Part shown: piece by piece, positions 6,450 through 16,145 of the stretch
Layout: every line of letters begins with the position of its first letter
How positions within the stretch are numbered: position 1 is the first letter of the stretch
IMG/VR virus record: IMGVR_UViG_2663763227_000001
Coordinates: 1-18,872 of that record
DNA length: 18,872 bases
DNA from: a virus
Lineage: Duplodnaviria > Heunggongvirae > Uroviricota > Caudoviricetes
Direction: 5' to 3' (one strand)
Program-made: the position numbers and the translations under genes
Notes under the pieces: generated by a model
Told to the model about the DNA's origin: nothing
Databases searched by the model: none
The model's input: the letters and a program-made list of their open reading frames with translations, nothing else

Positions 6450-7861
6450 CCTCGATTAATCCTATCTTTGAACCGTTCATTGAGGCGCATCGCTACAAAG
6501 TTGCCAAAGGCGGTCGAGGTAGCGGTAAATCATGGGCAATTGCGAGGCTGCTTGTTGAAGCGGCGCGTCGGCAGCCAGTGCGTATTCTCTGCGCTCGTGA
6601 ACTGCAAAACAGTATCAGCGATTCGGTAATCCGGTTGCTTGAAGACACCATAGAGCGTGAAGGGTATACGGCTGAGTTTGAAATTCAGCGTTCTATGATT
6701 CGTCATCTCGGAACGAATGCTGAATTCATGTTCTACGGCATAAAAAACAACCCGACGAAGATTAAATCGCTCGAAGGCATTGATATCTGCTGGGTTGAAG
6801 AAGCGGAAGCGGTAACGAAGGAATCGTGGGATATCCTGATTCCAACCATCCGTAAGCCGTTCTCTGAAATATGGGTAAGTTTCAACCCGAAAAACATCCT
6901 CGACGATACCTATCAGCGATTCGTCGTAAATCCTCCCGATGATATTTGTCTGCTGACGGTGAACTACACCGACAATCCGCACTTTCCTGAAGTTCTCCGT
7001 CTGGAGATGGAAGAGTGTAAACGCAGAAATCCGACACTGTATCGTCACATCTGGCTTGGTGAGCCAGTAAGCGCAAGTGATATGGCAATCATCAAACGTG
7101 AATGGCTTGAAGCTGCTACCGATGCGCACAAGAAACTCGGATGGAAAGCGAAAGGCGCTGTTGTCTCTGCGCATGACCCGTCAGATACAGGGCCAGATGC
7201 TAAAGGTTACGCATCGCGTCACGGTTCGGTGGTTAAGCGCATTGCCGAAGGTCTGCTGATGGACATCAACGATGGTGCTGACTGGGCTACTTCGCTGGCG
7301 ATTGAAGACGGCGCTGACCATTACCTGTGGGATGGTGATGGTGTTGGTGCCGGGCTACGCAGACAGACAACGGAAGCGTTCTCCGGCAAGAAAATCACCG
7401 CTACGATGTTCAAGGGCAGCGAATCGCCATTTGATGAAGATGCACCATATCAGGCCGGAGCATGGGCTGATGAAGTCGTGCAGGGCGACAACGTTCGCAC
7501 TATTGGCGATGTATTCCGCAATAAGCGAGCGCAATTCTATTACGCGCTGGCTGACAGGCTGTATCTGACATATCGGGCGGTTGTCCACGGTGAGTATGCA
7601 GACCCCGACGACATGCTGAGTTTCGACAAAGAAGCGATAGGCGAGAAGATGCTGGAGAAGCTGTTTGCAGAACTGACGCAGATTCAGCGCAAATTCAATA
7701 ACAACGGGAAGCTGGAGCTAATGACTAAGGTCGAAATGAAGCAGAAGCTAGGTATTCCATCTCCTAACCTGGCTGATGCGTTGATGATGTGTATGCATTG
7801 CCCTGAGTCGGCTGCGCAACCCGACTATTCCAGTTACTCAATTCCTTGTGGTGTAGGTTGA
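6446..7861 (+). CDS. terL: Terminase large subunit (ATPase/nuclease; Sf6 gp2 / P22 gp2-like)
   Basis: 471 aa; Walker A KGGRGSGKS near the N-terminus and an acidic nuclease-like C-terminal domain. Start overlaps the terS stop (ATGA). Length and synteny match P22/Sf6 TerL. Confidence 0.95.
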   Translation: MTSINPIFEPFIEAHRYKVAKGGRGSGKSWAIARLLVEAARRQPVRILCARELQNSISDSVIRLLEDTIEREGYTAEFEIQRSMIRHLGTNAEFMFYGIKNNPTKIKSLEGIDICWVEEAEAVTKESWDILIPTIRKPFSEIWVSFNPKNILDDTYQRFVVNPPDDICLLTVNYTDNPHFPEVLRLEMEECKRRNPTLYRHIWLGEPVSASDMAIIKREWLEAATDAHKKLGWKAKGAVVSAHDPSDTGPDAKGYASRHGSVVKRIAEGLLMDINDGADWATSLAIEDGADHYLWDGDGVGAGLRRQTTEAFSGKKITATMFKGSESPFDEDAPYQAGAWADEVVQGDNVRTIGDVFRNKRAQFYYALADRLYLTYRAVVHGEYADPDDMLSFDKEAIGEKMLEKLFAELTQIQRKFNNNGKLELMTKVEMKQKLGIPSPNLADALMMCMHCPESAAQPDYSSYSIPCGVG

Positions 7862-7862
7862 T

Positions 7863-10061
7863 ATGGCAGAAAAAAAGATGACTGACTGGCATCGCAAGGT
7901 GCTGTGCAACTTTGATAATGCCTGGTCAGCAACGCAGGATATGCGTGAGCAGATTATTGAGGCTCAACGTTTCGTCCGGGTGTCCGGCGCACAGTGGGAA
8001 GGCAGCACAAACGCTGGTTACTCATTTGATGAAGGTAGGTTTGAGCATTACCCGCGCTTTGAACTAAATAAGATTGCCCGTGAATGTGATCGCATCATTG
8101 GCGAGTATCGACAGAATCGCATCAGCGTTAAATTCAGGCCGAAGGACGATAAGGCATCGGAAGCGTTAGCCGAAAAGATGAACGGCAAATTCCGCGCTGA
8201 CTATCAGGAAACATCCGGTGGCGAAGCGTGTGATAACGCATTTGATGATGCTGTAACGGGCGGATTCGGTTGTTTCCGCATGTGTGCCGATTACGAAGAT
8301 GAAATGGATCCGAGTAACGAGCAACGCCGTATAAGCCTTCTCCCTGTTTACGACCCAGCGACATGCGTCTTCTTTGATCAGGACAGCAAGCAATATGACC
8401 GCTCTGATGCTATGTGGGCTATGGAAATGTTCTCCATGACGCCTAAAGCGTTCGAGGCTGAATACCCTGATTCCATCGCGGCAAGCCTTTCTCGTGATGA
8501 CACTGGCACTCAATATGACTGGTCAACGCCCGATGCCATCTATGTTGGACGCTACTACGAAGTTCGCATAGAGAAGGTGAAGCTCACGGCGTGGCGCAAC
8601 CCTGTTAGCGGAGAAACGGCAATCTATGATGAAGAGCAAATCAAAGATGTTGTCGACGAGCTAACCGATGGCGCATTCGAACTGATTGGTGAGCGAACGG
8701 TGAAGAAACGCCGCGTTTATTGCGGCCTTCTGTCTGGCGCTGAATGGCTGGAAGAACCGAAGCGTATTCCGGGCGAACATATTCCTCTCATCCCGGTATA
8801 TGGGCGTCGTTCATTTGTTGATAATCAGGAGCGAATCGAAGGCCACGCAGCAAAAGCGATGGATGCACAGCGTCTTGAGAACCTGATGGTTTCCATGATT
8901 GCAGATAACGCCACTCAGGCTGGCGGTGATGGTATTCCTGTAGTTGATGTTGACATGATTCCTGGTCCTCTCGCCACTCATTGGGCGGAGCGCAACAAAA
9001 AGCGCCCGGCGTTCCTGCCGATGGTCAGTCTGAAAAACAAAAACGGAGATATTACTGCGCAGGCTCAGGTCAGCAGTTATACACCTCCAACACAAATGCC
9101 TCCTGCTCTTGCCGGGCTATTACAGTACACCGGAACGGCTATTCAGCAAATTACAGGTGCGTCGCAGCTTGAGAACATGCCGAGCAACGTCGCTACCGAT
9201 ACCGTTGATAGCATCTTTAACAGGATGGACACGCAGTCATATATCTACATGGACAACATGGCTAAATCCATGCGTCGCGCTGGCGTTGTGTGGCTTTCTA
9301 TGGCGCGTGAGGTCTATGGCAGCGATACGCCAATGCGCATCGTTAATGAGGACGGCAGCGATGACGTGGCGCTGATGACTGGTGAAGTGGTTGACCGTCA
9401 GACAGGGCAGGTTATCGCGCTTAACGACCTTTCGCAGGGTAACTATGAAGTGACTGTCGATGTTGGTCAGTCGTTCGCTACTCGCCGTGATGCAACGGTT
9501 AAGTCGTTACTTTCCATGCTGGCACTTATCCCGCCTGGAACGCCGAAACACGACCTTGTGTCGTCTCTTATTCTCGACAATATGGACGGCGAAGGGATGG
9601 ACGACCTTAAAGAATACAACCGCAATCAGTTGCTTCTGTCTGGCGTTATCAAGCCGAAAACGCCAGAAGAACAGCAAATGGTTGAGCAGGCGAAACAACA
9701 ACAGGCCAGTCAGCCAGATCCGGCTATGGTTGCTGCGCAAGGTCAGCTTCTTGCTGGTCAGGCTGAATTGCAGAAAGCGCAGAACGAACAGGCAGCCATT
9801 CAGGTTAAAGCATTCCAGGCACAGACTGATGCTCATGTTGCAGCGGCAAATGTTGTGAAAATCCTCGCATCTGCCGATAGCCAGCAGAAATCTGATATCC
9901 GCGAGGCTCTGAAACTGCTCGGACAGTTCCAGCAACAGCAAGGAGACAATGCCCGTGCTGATGCAGAGCTTGTCCTGAAAAGTCAGGCGCAGGGACATGC
10001 ACAACGCATGGACATCAGCAGCATCCTGCAAAAATCAACTCAGCAACAACCACAGCAGTAA
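7863..10061 (+). CDS. Portal protein (P22 gp1-like, with C-terminal Gln-rich helical barrel)
   Basis: 732 aa; segments GRYYEV, GEHIPLIPVYG, KTPEEQQMVEQAKQQQ...DPAMVAAQGQLLAGQAELQKAQN and NARADAELVLKS...QRMDISSILQ align with P22 portal gp1 as remembered, including the long C-terminal barrel helix. Confidence 0.95.
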   Translation: MAEKKMTDWHRKVLCNFDNAWSATQDMREQIIEAQRFVRVSGAQWEGSTNAGYSFDEGRFEHYPRFELNKIARECDRIIGEYRQNRISVKFRPKDDKASEALAEKMNGKFRADYQETSGGEACDNAFDDAVTGGFGCFRMCADYEDEMDPSNEQRRISLLPVYDPATCVFFDQDSKQYDRSDAMWAMEMFSMTPKAFEAEYPDSIAASLSRDDTGTQYDWSTPDAIYVGRYYEVRIEKVKLTAWRNPVSGETAIYDEEQIKDVVDELTDGAFELIGERTVKKRRVYCGLLSGAEWLEEPKRIPGEHIPLIPVYGRRSFVDNQERIEGHAAKAMDAQRLENLMVSMIADNATQAGGDGIPVVDVDMIPGPLATHWAERNKKRPAFLPMVSLKNKNGDITAQAQVSSYTPPTQMPPALAGLLQYTGTAIQQITGASQLENMPSNVATDTVDSIFNRMDTQSYIYMDNMAKSMRRAGVVWLSMAREVYGSDTPMRIVNEDGSDDVALMTGEVVDRQTGQVIALNDLSQGNYEVTVDVGQSFATRRDATVKSLLSMLALIPPGTPKHDLVSSLILDNMDGEGMDDLKEYNRNQLLLSGVIKPKTPEEQQMVEQAKQQQASQPDPAMVAAQGQLLAGQAELQKAQNEQAAIQVKAFQAQTDAHVAAANVVKILASADSQQKSDIREALKLLGQFQQQQGDNARADAELVLKSQAQGHAQRMDISSILQKSTQQQPQQ

Positions 10062-10151
10062 TTAACCCATAACGTGCAATGGCTGTCTTTATGAGGCCTG
10101 GCACCCTATTGCCTTCCGATGGGCTGAACATCGAGTAAACAGGGGTAACAA

Positions 10152-11048
10152 ATGGACCAGATGGCAGAAAACACACCAGAAGTTGAAATCGAAACCGACG
10201 CGTCAGAGCAGATTCCTGATGATGTCAAACTGGCTGAAGAAGTCGAAACAGAAGATGGCAGTGAGTACTCCGGCAATGATGCAGAGAAAGCTACTGAAAC
10301 TGATGACGACGAATCAGAACAGGAATTCTACTTTGGTGACGAAAAGCTGGATTCGCCAACCAGCGAAGATGGCGCAGAGCATGGACTGGTAAAACACCTG
10401 CGCAAGACGATTAAAGAGAAAGACCGTGAGCTGAAAGAGCTGATGCGTCAGTCTCAGAAACCCGTCGAGCAGCAGCCGGTAATCACTCAACCACCTCGAA
10501 TGCCAAAACTGGATGATGAGGACATTGGTTTCGATGAAGAAATCTACCAGCAACGCATGGCTAAGTGGGCAGAGGATAACGGCAAGTACCAGCAACAGGA
10601 GATGGCTCGCAAGCAGAAGGAGCAGGAGCTTCAGGCTGCCTATCAAGAGCGATTATCCAAATATCAGCAACGTGTTAAGGCTCTCAAAGTTCCTGGCTAT
10701 CAGGAAGCTGAGCAGGCCGTACTCGAGGAAATCCCCATCGAGACACAAAACGCGATCCTGTTTGAGTCAGAGAAGCCGGAAATCGTTGTTCTGGCGCTCG
10801 GTCGCAACGCTGAACTGCGCAAGAAACTGGCAGAAGCTACCAACCCCGTAGCAATTGGTCGTCTGCTGGAACGTATCGAATCGAAGGCCAGAATCATGCC
10901 AAAAGCAAAAACCACGGCAGCCACAACCCCGACAGTTAAGGGGAGCAACGGCGCAGTAATCAATAACCTCGACAAACTTCTCGAAAAAGCACGCGACACC
11001 GGTGATTACACCGAATACCGGGCGGCGAAGAACAAAGCTAAAAAATAA
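10152..11048 (+). CDS. Scaffolding protein (P22 gp8-like)
   Basis: 298 aa, highly acidic N-terminus, coiled-coil-rich, basic helix-turn-helix-like C-terminus (...DTGDYTEYRAAKNKAKK). Position between portal and coat as in P22/Sf6. Confidence 0.8.
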   Translation: MDQMAENTPEVEIETDASEQIPDDVKLAEEVETEDGSEYSGNDAEKATETDDDESEQEFYFGDEKLDSPTSEDGAEHGLVKHLRKTIKEKDRELKELMRQSQKPVEQQPVITQPPRMPKLDDEDIGFDEEIYQQRMAKWAEDNGKYQQQEMARKQKEQELQAAYQERLSKYQQRVKALKVPGYQEAEQAVLEEIPIETQNAILFESEKPEIVVLALGRNAELRKKLAEATNPVAIGRLLERIESKARIMPKAKTTAATTPTVKGSNGAVINNLDKLLEKARDTGDYTEYRAAKNKAKK

Positions 11049-11068
11049 TCCATCGGAGCTAAATACCT

Positions 11069-12328
11069 ATGTCTAACCAGTTAACCAAAGACCTCGAAAT
11101 CCTCTTTGAGAGCGTCATTGATAGTTTTGAGGCGTCCAATGTCGTTTCCCGCGAGTGCAGCAAGTTCCGACCGGGCGACATTGAAATGCAGCGCGCTGGC
11201 GACGTTGTTTATCGCCCTCAGGGCTACCACCTGAAAACCGTGAGCGGACTTGATCTGACTTCGGCCACTGCAAACTCACTCGTTCAGCGTCAGGTGCCTG
11301 CTCGCTTCCGCGAGCCAGAGAACGTCATCTACGAACTGGACGCAAAAGAAATGCGCGATCCGTGGCACAAAGAGCAGGCTGGCAAGGCGGCGGGTCGCCA
11401 GTTGGCGGCGTGGGTTGATAACATGATCGTCGATGAGGTGGTCGCTCGCTCCACCAACGTGGTCACCATTAAATCGGCGTCCACCGGTAGCACTCTCGGC
11501 GAAGAACTCTGGAACGCATCGGCTGACGTTGATGCAATGATGCTGTCCATTGGTGTGCCTCAGGGTGGTCAGCGCAAGGCGTTCTACAACCCGTTCAACT
11601 ACAAAGACCTGGCTAAGGAGCTTGGCTCTCGCGCATATGCGGTCGGTGCAACTCTGACAGCCTATGAGAAAGCTCAGATTCCACCTGTGGCATCCTTCGA
11701 CAGTTTCCGCGTTGATTATGCTGGCGCAATGAAGGCTGGTTCAGCTACCGCTGTAACTCTCGGCGGCGCAGTAAAACACAAAGTTACCGCGATGGATTCC
11801 AACGGCGCGCCTACCGATAACCGCCAGGGTGACATCACCGTATCCACTGCTGACGTACTGGCTGTCGGCGATGCATTCACTATCGCAGGCGTTAACAGTG
11901 TCCACATGATCAAGAAGGTGGATACAGGTAAGCCGCAGGTATTCCGCGTCCTGGCAGTAAATGGCACTACCGTTACCATCAGCCCGAAAATTCTGCCACC
12001 AGACAACGCGGATAAGGCGTCTATTCCTTACCAGAACGTTACCGCCAATCCGGTGGAAAACGCGGCGATCACCATCCTCAACAAGAAGGCTGCGGCTTCC
12101 AACATCTTCTTCGCTGAGGGTTCTGTTGAGCTGATGTATGGCAAGTTGGCATTCCCTACCGGCCAGGGTCCGCAGGTTATGACCGCAAGGACCGAGCAGG
12201 GTGCGACCATCATCATGGCTTACCAGTTCGACGCTAAATCTGGCAAAACGTGGACTCGCTTCACCACGCTGGCTGGCGCAAGCGTACTGGTCCCGGAATT
12301 CACCGGCCTGGTACTGGCTAACCAGTAA
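11069..12328 (+). CDS. Major capsid (coat) protein (P22 gp5 / Sf6 gp5-like)
   Basis: 419 aa in the expected position after the scaffold gene and followed by a strong intrinsic terminator; size matches P22-type coat proteins. Sequence similarity to P22 gp5 itself is not obvious by eye. Confidence 0.85.
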   Translation: MSNQLTKDLEILFESVIDSFEASNVVSRECSKFRPGDIEMQRAGDVVYRPQGYHLKTVSGLDLTSATANSLVQRQVPARFREPENVIYELDAKEMRDPWHKEQAGKAAGRQLAAWVDNMIVDEVVARSTNVVTIKSASTGSTLGEELWNASADVDAMMLSIGVPQGGQRKAFYNPFNYKDLAKELGSRAYAVGATLTAYEKAQIPPVASFDSFRVDYAGAMKAGSATAVTLGGAVKHKVTAMDSNGAPTDNRQGDITVSTADVLAVGDAFTIAGVNSVHMIKKVDTGKPQVFRVLAVNGTTVTISPKILPPDNADKASIPYQNVTANPVENAAITILNKKAAASNIFFAEGSVELMYGKLAFPTGQGPQVMTARTEQGATIIMAYQFDAKSGKTWTRFTTLAGASVLVPEFTGLVLANQ

Positions 12329-12333
12329 TCCAA

Positions 12334-12358
12334 GGGGCTTCGGCCCCTCTTTTTTTTT
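12334..12358 (+). terminator. Intrinsic terminator downstream of the coat gene
   Basis: GGGGC-TTCG-GCCCC hairpin (GC-rich 5-bp stem with a TTCG tetraloop) followed by TCTTTTTTTTT, 6 nt after the coat stop. Confidence 0.8.
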
Positions 12359-12368
12359 GGAGATCGAA

Positions 12369-12557
12369 ATGTCTCAAATCATGCTTTATAAGCCGGGATC
12401 GATGATCACCTGCGGCCCCCACTCGCTGGATTACATCATCGTTGATGACGAAGAAGTTAAATCTCACCTGAAAAAAGGCTGGGTAAAAACTCCTGAAGAA
12501 ACCGCAACGAAGCAAAAAGTGGCTAAGGCGGAAGAAGATGGCGAAAATGAAGGGTGA
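12369..12557 (+). CDS. Hypothetical small protein (62 aa) between coat and gp4-like genes
   Basis: ATG 12369 with GGAG about 7 nt upstream; C-terminal acidic tail; 3' end overlaps the next gene. The ORF track shows an upstream extension from 12201 that overlaps the coat gene and is unlikely. Confidence 0.45.
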   Translation: MSQIMLYKPGSMITCGPHSLDYIIVDDEEVKSHLKKGWVKTPEETATKQKVAKAEEDGENEG

Positions 12558-12999
12558 TCTCGTTCTAAAGGCTTTACGAAAAGCCGGGCTGTATTCCAAT
12601 GCCACGTTGACAGATGCTGACCCTCAGGCAATTGAAGATGCCATTAATGACCTCGAAGACATGATGGCAGCATGGCAGGCTAAAGGTATCGAGCTTGGAT
12701 ATCAGTTTGCTGATACAGAAAACGGCATCATGCCGTTACCTGACGATGATTCAGGTATCCCTGCATGGGCAAATGATGGCGTCGCTTTGAAACTCGCTGT
12801 GCAAGTGTGCATGGATAACGTCATTCAGCCGTCAGACGCTCTCCTTACCGCTGCTGACAGTGCATATCAGACAATCTGCATCGCTTTAACCAAAATACCA
12901 CCACTTGAGCGGCGAAATGACATGCCTCGCGGTAGTGGTAACAAAAGCGCGTTTACGTGGAATCGGTTTTACATCGAGAAAGATGATCCGAGTACGTGA
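12538..12999 (+). CDS. Head completion / tail accessory protein (P22 gp4-like)
   Basis: 153 aa; KGDLVLKALRKAG...TLTDADPQAIEDAINDLEDMMAAWQ...MPRGSGN parallels P22 gp4 (KGDLV, TLTD, DDLE-MMA-W, GSGN). Correct synteny. Confidence 0.85.
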   Translation: MAKMKGDLVLKALRKAGLYSNATLTDADPQAIEDAINDLEDMMAAWQAKGIELGYQFADTENGIMPLPDDDSGIPAWANDGVALKLAVQVCMDNVIQPSDALLTAADSAYQTICIALTKIPPLERRNDMPRGSGNKSAFTWNRFYIEKDDPST

Positions 13000-13008
13000 G
13001 GTGAATAA

Positions 13009-14427
13009 ATGCCGATTCAGCAACTTCCGCTTATGAAAGGTGTCGGCAAAGACTTTCGAAACGCCGACTATATCGACTATCTGCCAGTGAATATGCTGGC
13101 TACGCCCAAAGAAATACTCAACAGCAGCGGATATCTTCGCTCATTCCCGGGCATTGCCAAACGTTCTGATGTGAACGGCGTATCGCGGGGCGTCGAGTAC
13201 AACATGGCGCAGAATGCTGTTTATCGCGTGTGTGGTGGCAAGCTCTACAAAGGCGAAAGCGAAGTAGGTGACGTCGCCGGAAGTGGTCGCGTATCAATGG
13301 CGCATGGTCGAACATCTCAGGCTGTAGGAGTTAATGGTCAACTGGTCGAGTATCGCTATGATGGCACGGTTAAAACCGTCTCAAACTGGCCTACAGATCG
13401 CGGATTCACGCAGTATGAGTTAGGTTCGGTTCGCGACATTACACGCTTACGTGGCCGTTATGCGTGGTCAAAAGACGGAACTGATTCATGGTTCATCACT
13501 GACCTTGAAGACGAATCGCATCCTGACCGTTACAGCGCACAATATCGCGCAGAATCGCAGCCGGACGGCATCATCGGCATCGGAACATGGCGAGACTTCA
13601 TCGTCTGCTTTGGTTCATCGACGATTGAATATTTTTCCCTGACTGGGGCAACCACCGTTGGTGCCGCTTTGTATGTCGCACAGCCATCACTGATGGTGCA
13701 GAAAGGCATTGCCGGAACTTACTGCAAAACGCCGTTTGCTGATTCCTATGCTTTCATCAGCAATCCGGCAACAGGTGCGCCGTCTGTATACATCATCGGA
13801 TCCGGTCAGGTGTCACCAATCGCCAGCGCGAGCATTGAGAAAATCCTCCGCTCCTACACTGCTGATGAACTGGCTGATGGCGTGATGGAATCGTTGCGCT
13901 TTGATGCTCATGAGTTGCTGATTATCCACCTTCCGCGCCACGTCCTAGTATATGACGCATCTTCAAGCGCCAATGGTCCGCAATGGTGTGTGTTGAAAAC
14001 TGGCTTGTATGACGATGTGTACCGCGCTATCGACTTCATTTACGAAGGCAATCAGATAACGTGCGGCGATAAGCTGGAATCCGTGACCGGGAAATTGCAG
14101 TTCGACATCAGCAGCCAGTATGGGCTGCAGCAAGAACATATTTTATTTTCACCATTAATAAAGGCAGATAATGTCATTATTAATGACCTTGAATTAGAAA
14201 CATCAGGCGGCGTGTGTGATAGAATAGATAAAATATTTATATCAGCAACAACAGATGGAATAAATTACGGCAGGGAACAAATGGTCGTATTGCAATCTCC
14301 ATTTGTATATGACAATCGAGTCTTATGGCGCAGGATTGGAAGAGTTAGACGTCTCATCGGTTTTAAATTCAGAGTTATTGCAAAAGGCCCGGTTACATTA
14401 TCCGGACTGTCTATTCGTACAACATAA
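13009..14427 (+). CDS. Tail accessory / hub protein (P22 gp10-like); 3' ~300 nt compositionally AT-rich
   Basis: 472 aa, the same length as P22 gp10, in the correct position after the gp4-like gene. GC content drops sharply from about 14130 to the stop, continuous with the AT-rich HNH gene downstream. Confidence 0.9.
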   Translation: MPIQQLPLMKGVGKDFRNADYIDYLPVNMLATPKEILNSSGYLRSFPGIAKRSDVNGVSRGVEYNMAQNAVYRVCGGKLYKGESEVGDVAGSGRVSMAHGRTSQAVGVNGQLVEYRYDGTVKTVSNWPTDRGFTQYELGSVRDITRLRGRYAWSKDGTDSWFITDLEDESHPDRYSAQYRAESQPDGIIGIGTWRDFIVCFGSSTIEYFSLTGATTVGAALYVAQPSLMVQKGIAGTYCKTPFADSYAFISNPATGAPSVYIIGSGQVSPIASASIEKILRSYTADELADGVMESLRFDAHELLIIHLPRHVLVYDASSSANGPQWCVLKTGLYDDVYRAIDFIYEGNQITCGDKLESVTGKLQFDISSQYGLQQEHILFSPLIKADNVIINDLELETSGGVCDRIDKIFISATTDGINYGREQMVVLQSPFVYDNRVLWRRIGRVRRLIGFKFRVIAKGPVTLSGLSIRTT

Positions 14428-14448
14428 ATCGAAACTTAAGGAGTAGAT

Positions 14449-14994
14449 ATGTTAAGTGAAGATATTAGAGATGTAGTTGGTTATGAGGGGCTTTATGCGG
14501 TAACTCGTGATGGTAGAGTTTACTCTCACTCAAGGATAATAAATACATGCCATGGGGCTACTCGATTAATGAAGGGTAGATGGCTGAAGCCAGCAAAGGA
14601 TGGGGGCGGATATCTATTTGTTGGTCTCTGTAAGGATGGAGAGGTTAAACCAAAAAAAATACATCGAATTGTTGCTGAGGCATTTATTGAAAACAAAGAA
14701 TCTAAACCATTCATCAACCATATAGATAATAATAATCAAAATAATAATGTAGAAAATCTTGAATGGTGTACGCAACATGAAAACATGCAGCATTGCTCTA
14801 GAAGCGGTAGGGTGAAAATACCTCATTATGTGGGTTCTGAACATCCATCGTCCAAATTAAATGAAGATATAGTTCTGGTCATAAAAAATGATTTGATTAC
14901 GCCAATTAGCGAGTTAGCTGCAAGATATAATGTGACTGTTCAGGCCATACACGCCATTAAAAAAGGGAAGACATGGAGGCATGTGAATGGCTGA
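14449..14994 (+). CDS. HNH homing endonuclease (NUMOD4 N-terminal domain, HNH motif, C-terminal HTH)
   Basis: N-terminus [21 protein letters not shown]...GGYLFVGL (NUMOD4-like); [41 protein letters not shown] (HNH); C-terminal HTH-like segment. AT-rich. Excellent SD AAGGAG. Inserted between the gp10-like and gp26-like genes; its stop overlaps the gp26 start. Confidence 0.85.
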   Translation: MLSEDIRDVVGYEGLYAVTRDGRVYSHSRIINTCHGATRLMKGRWLKPAKDGGGYLFVGLCKDGEVKPKKIHRIVAEAFIENKESKPFINHIDNNNQNNNVENLEWCTQHENMQHCSRSGRVKIPHYVGSEHPSSKLNEDIVLVIKNDLITPISELAARYNVTVQAIHAIKKGKTWRHVNG

Positions 14995-15688
14995 TCCCAA
15001 TCTCAACGTGCCAGTAACTATCCAGGCCACCCGGCTAGACACATCAATCCTGCCGCGAAATATCTTCTCGCAGTCGTACCTGCTGTACGTTATCGCTCAG
15101 GGTACCGATGCCAGTAACGTGGCTAACAAGGCAAATCAGGCTGGTCAGGGCGCTTACGATGCTCAGGTGAAAAACGATGAACAGGACGTCGAACTGGCAG
15201 ATCACGATTCAAGAATCACCGCAAACACAAAAGCGATAAATCTCCTTGAGGTCAGGTTAACAACCGCCGAAGGGAAGATAGTCGTACTGCGTAGCGATGT
15301 TGATTACTTGCTGGATGAGGTTATCGATATTCAGGCGCATCTGGTCACTGTTGACAAAAGACTGGATGGCGTAGAAAGCGATGTATCTGACATTAAGAGT
15401 GATTACGTATCGAAAACCGTAACAGAATCGCAGTCTCTTGCGTCACCGCTGGATGTAAAAACATCATATTCAGTTGATGGAATTCAGGTTGTTGGAGCAA
15501 GAAATACCGGATGGACTGCAGCCACAGGTACGCCACTTCTTGGCTCATTCAACGCTAACCAGTCATACACTGTCGGCACTACGTACACACAATCCGAAGT
15601 CGCAGCTCTCGCTACAGGTTTGCAGCAGGCGCGGCAGCGTATTCTGGCGCTTGAAACAGCACTTAGATTACATGGGCTGATTGACTGA
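14987..15688 (+). CDS. Tail needle / plug protein (P22 gp26-like)
   Basis: 233 aa, the same length as P22 gp26; [41 protein letters not shown]...[18 protein letters not shown]... matches P22 gp26 closely from memory, with coiled-coil heptads. Confidence 0.9.
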   Translation: MADPNLNVPVTIQATRLDTSILPRNIFSQSYLLYVIAQGTDASNVANKANQAGQGAYDAQVKNDEQDVELADHDSRITANTKAINLLEVRLTTAEGKIVVLRSDVDYLLDEVIDIQAHLVTVDKRLDGVESDVSDIKSDYVSKTVTESQSLASPLDVKTSYSVDGIQVVGARNTGWTAATGTPLLGSFNANQSYTVGTTYTQSEVAALATGLQQARQRILALETALRLHGLID

Positions 15689-16143
15689 TGATTACATTCA
15701 AACCAACGCGAAACATCGACCTGATAGAAGCCGTGGGAAATCACCCCGACATTATCGCTGGTAGCAACAACGGTGATGGATACGACTACAAGCCTGAATG
15801 CCGTTACTTTGAGGTTAACGTGCACGGTCAGTTTGGCGGCATTGTTTACTATCAGGAGATTCAGCCGCTTACATTCGATTGCCACGCCATGTACCTGCCA
15901 GAGGTTCGCGGATTCAGCAAGGAAATCGGGCTGGCGTTCTGGCGATACATTCTGACTAACACCACCGTTCAGTGCGTCACATCGTTCGCTGCACGCAAAT
16001 TCCGCCACGGGCAGATGTACTGCGCAATGATTGGCCTTAAGCGTGTAGGAACCATCAAGAAATACTTCAAAGGCGTGGATGACGTGACGTTTTACAGCGC
16101 CACACGTGAAGAACTAATCGACTTCCTGAATCACGGGAGATAG
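15688..16143 (+). CDS. Virion protein in the P22 gene 14 position (gp14-like)
   Basis: 151-aa ORF whose start overlaps the gp26 stop (TGATG). Synteny with P22 (26-14-7-20-16); function assigned by position only. Confidence 0.7.
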   Translation: MITFKPTRNIDLIEAVGNHPDIIAGSNNGDGYDYKPECRYFEVNVHGQFGGIVYYQEIQPLTFDCHAMYLPEVRGFSKEIGLAFWRYILTNTTVQCVTSFAARKFRHGQMYCAMIGLKRVGTIKKYFKGVDDVTFYSATREELIDFLNHGR

Positions 16144-16145
16144 CC

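Noticed and set aside
6530-7174. 214-aa minus-strand ORF inside terL, and similar minus-strand ORFs (269-850, 2058-2574, 8166-8513, 9507-10031, 10314-10646, 11716-12006, 15484-16008, 16396-16707)
   Set aside because: All lie antisense within well-supported, homology-backed + strand genes and have no RBS or recognisable product. Treated as shadow ORFs.
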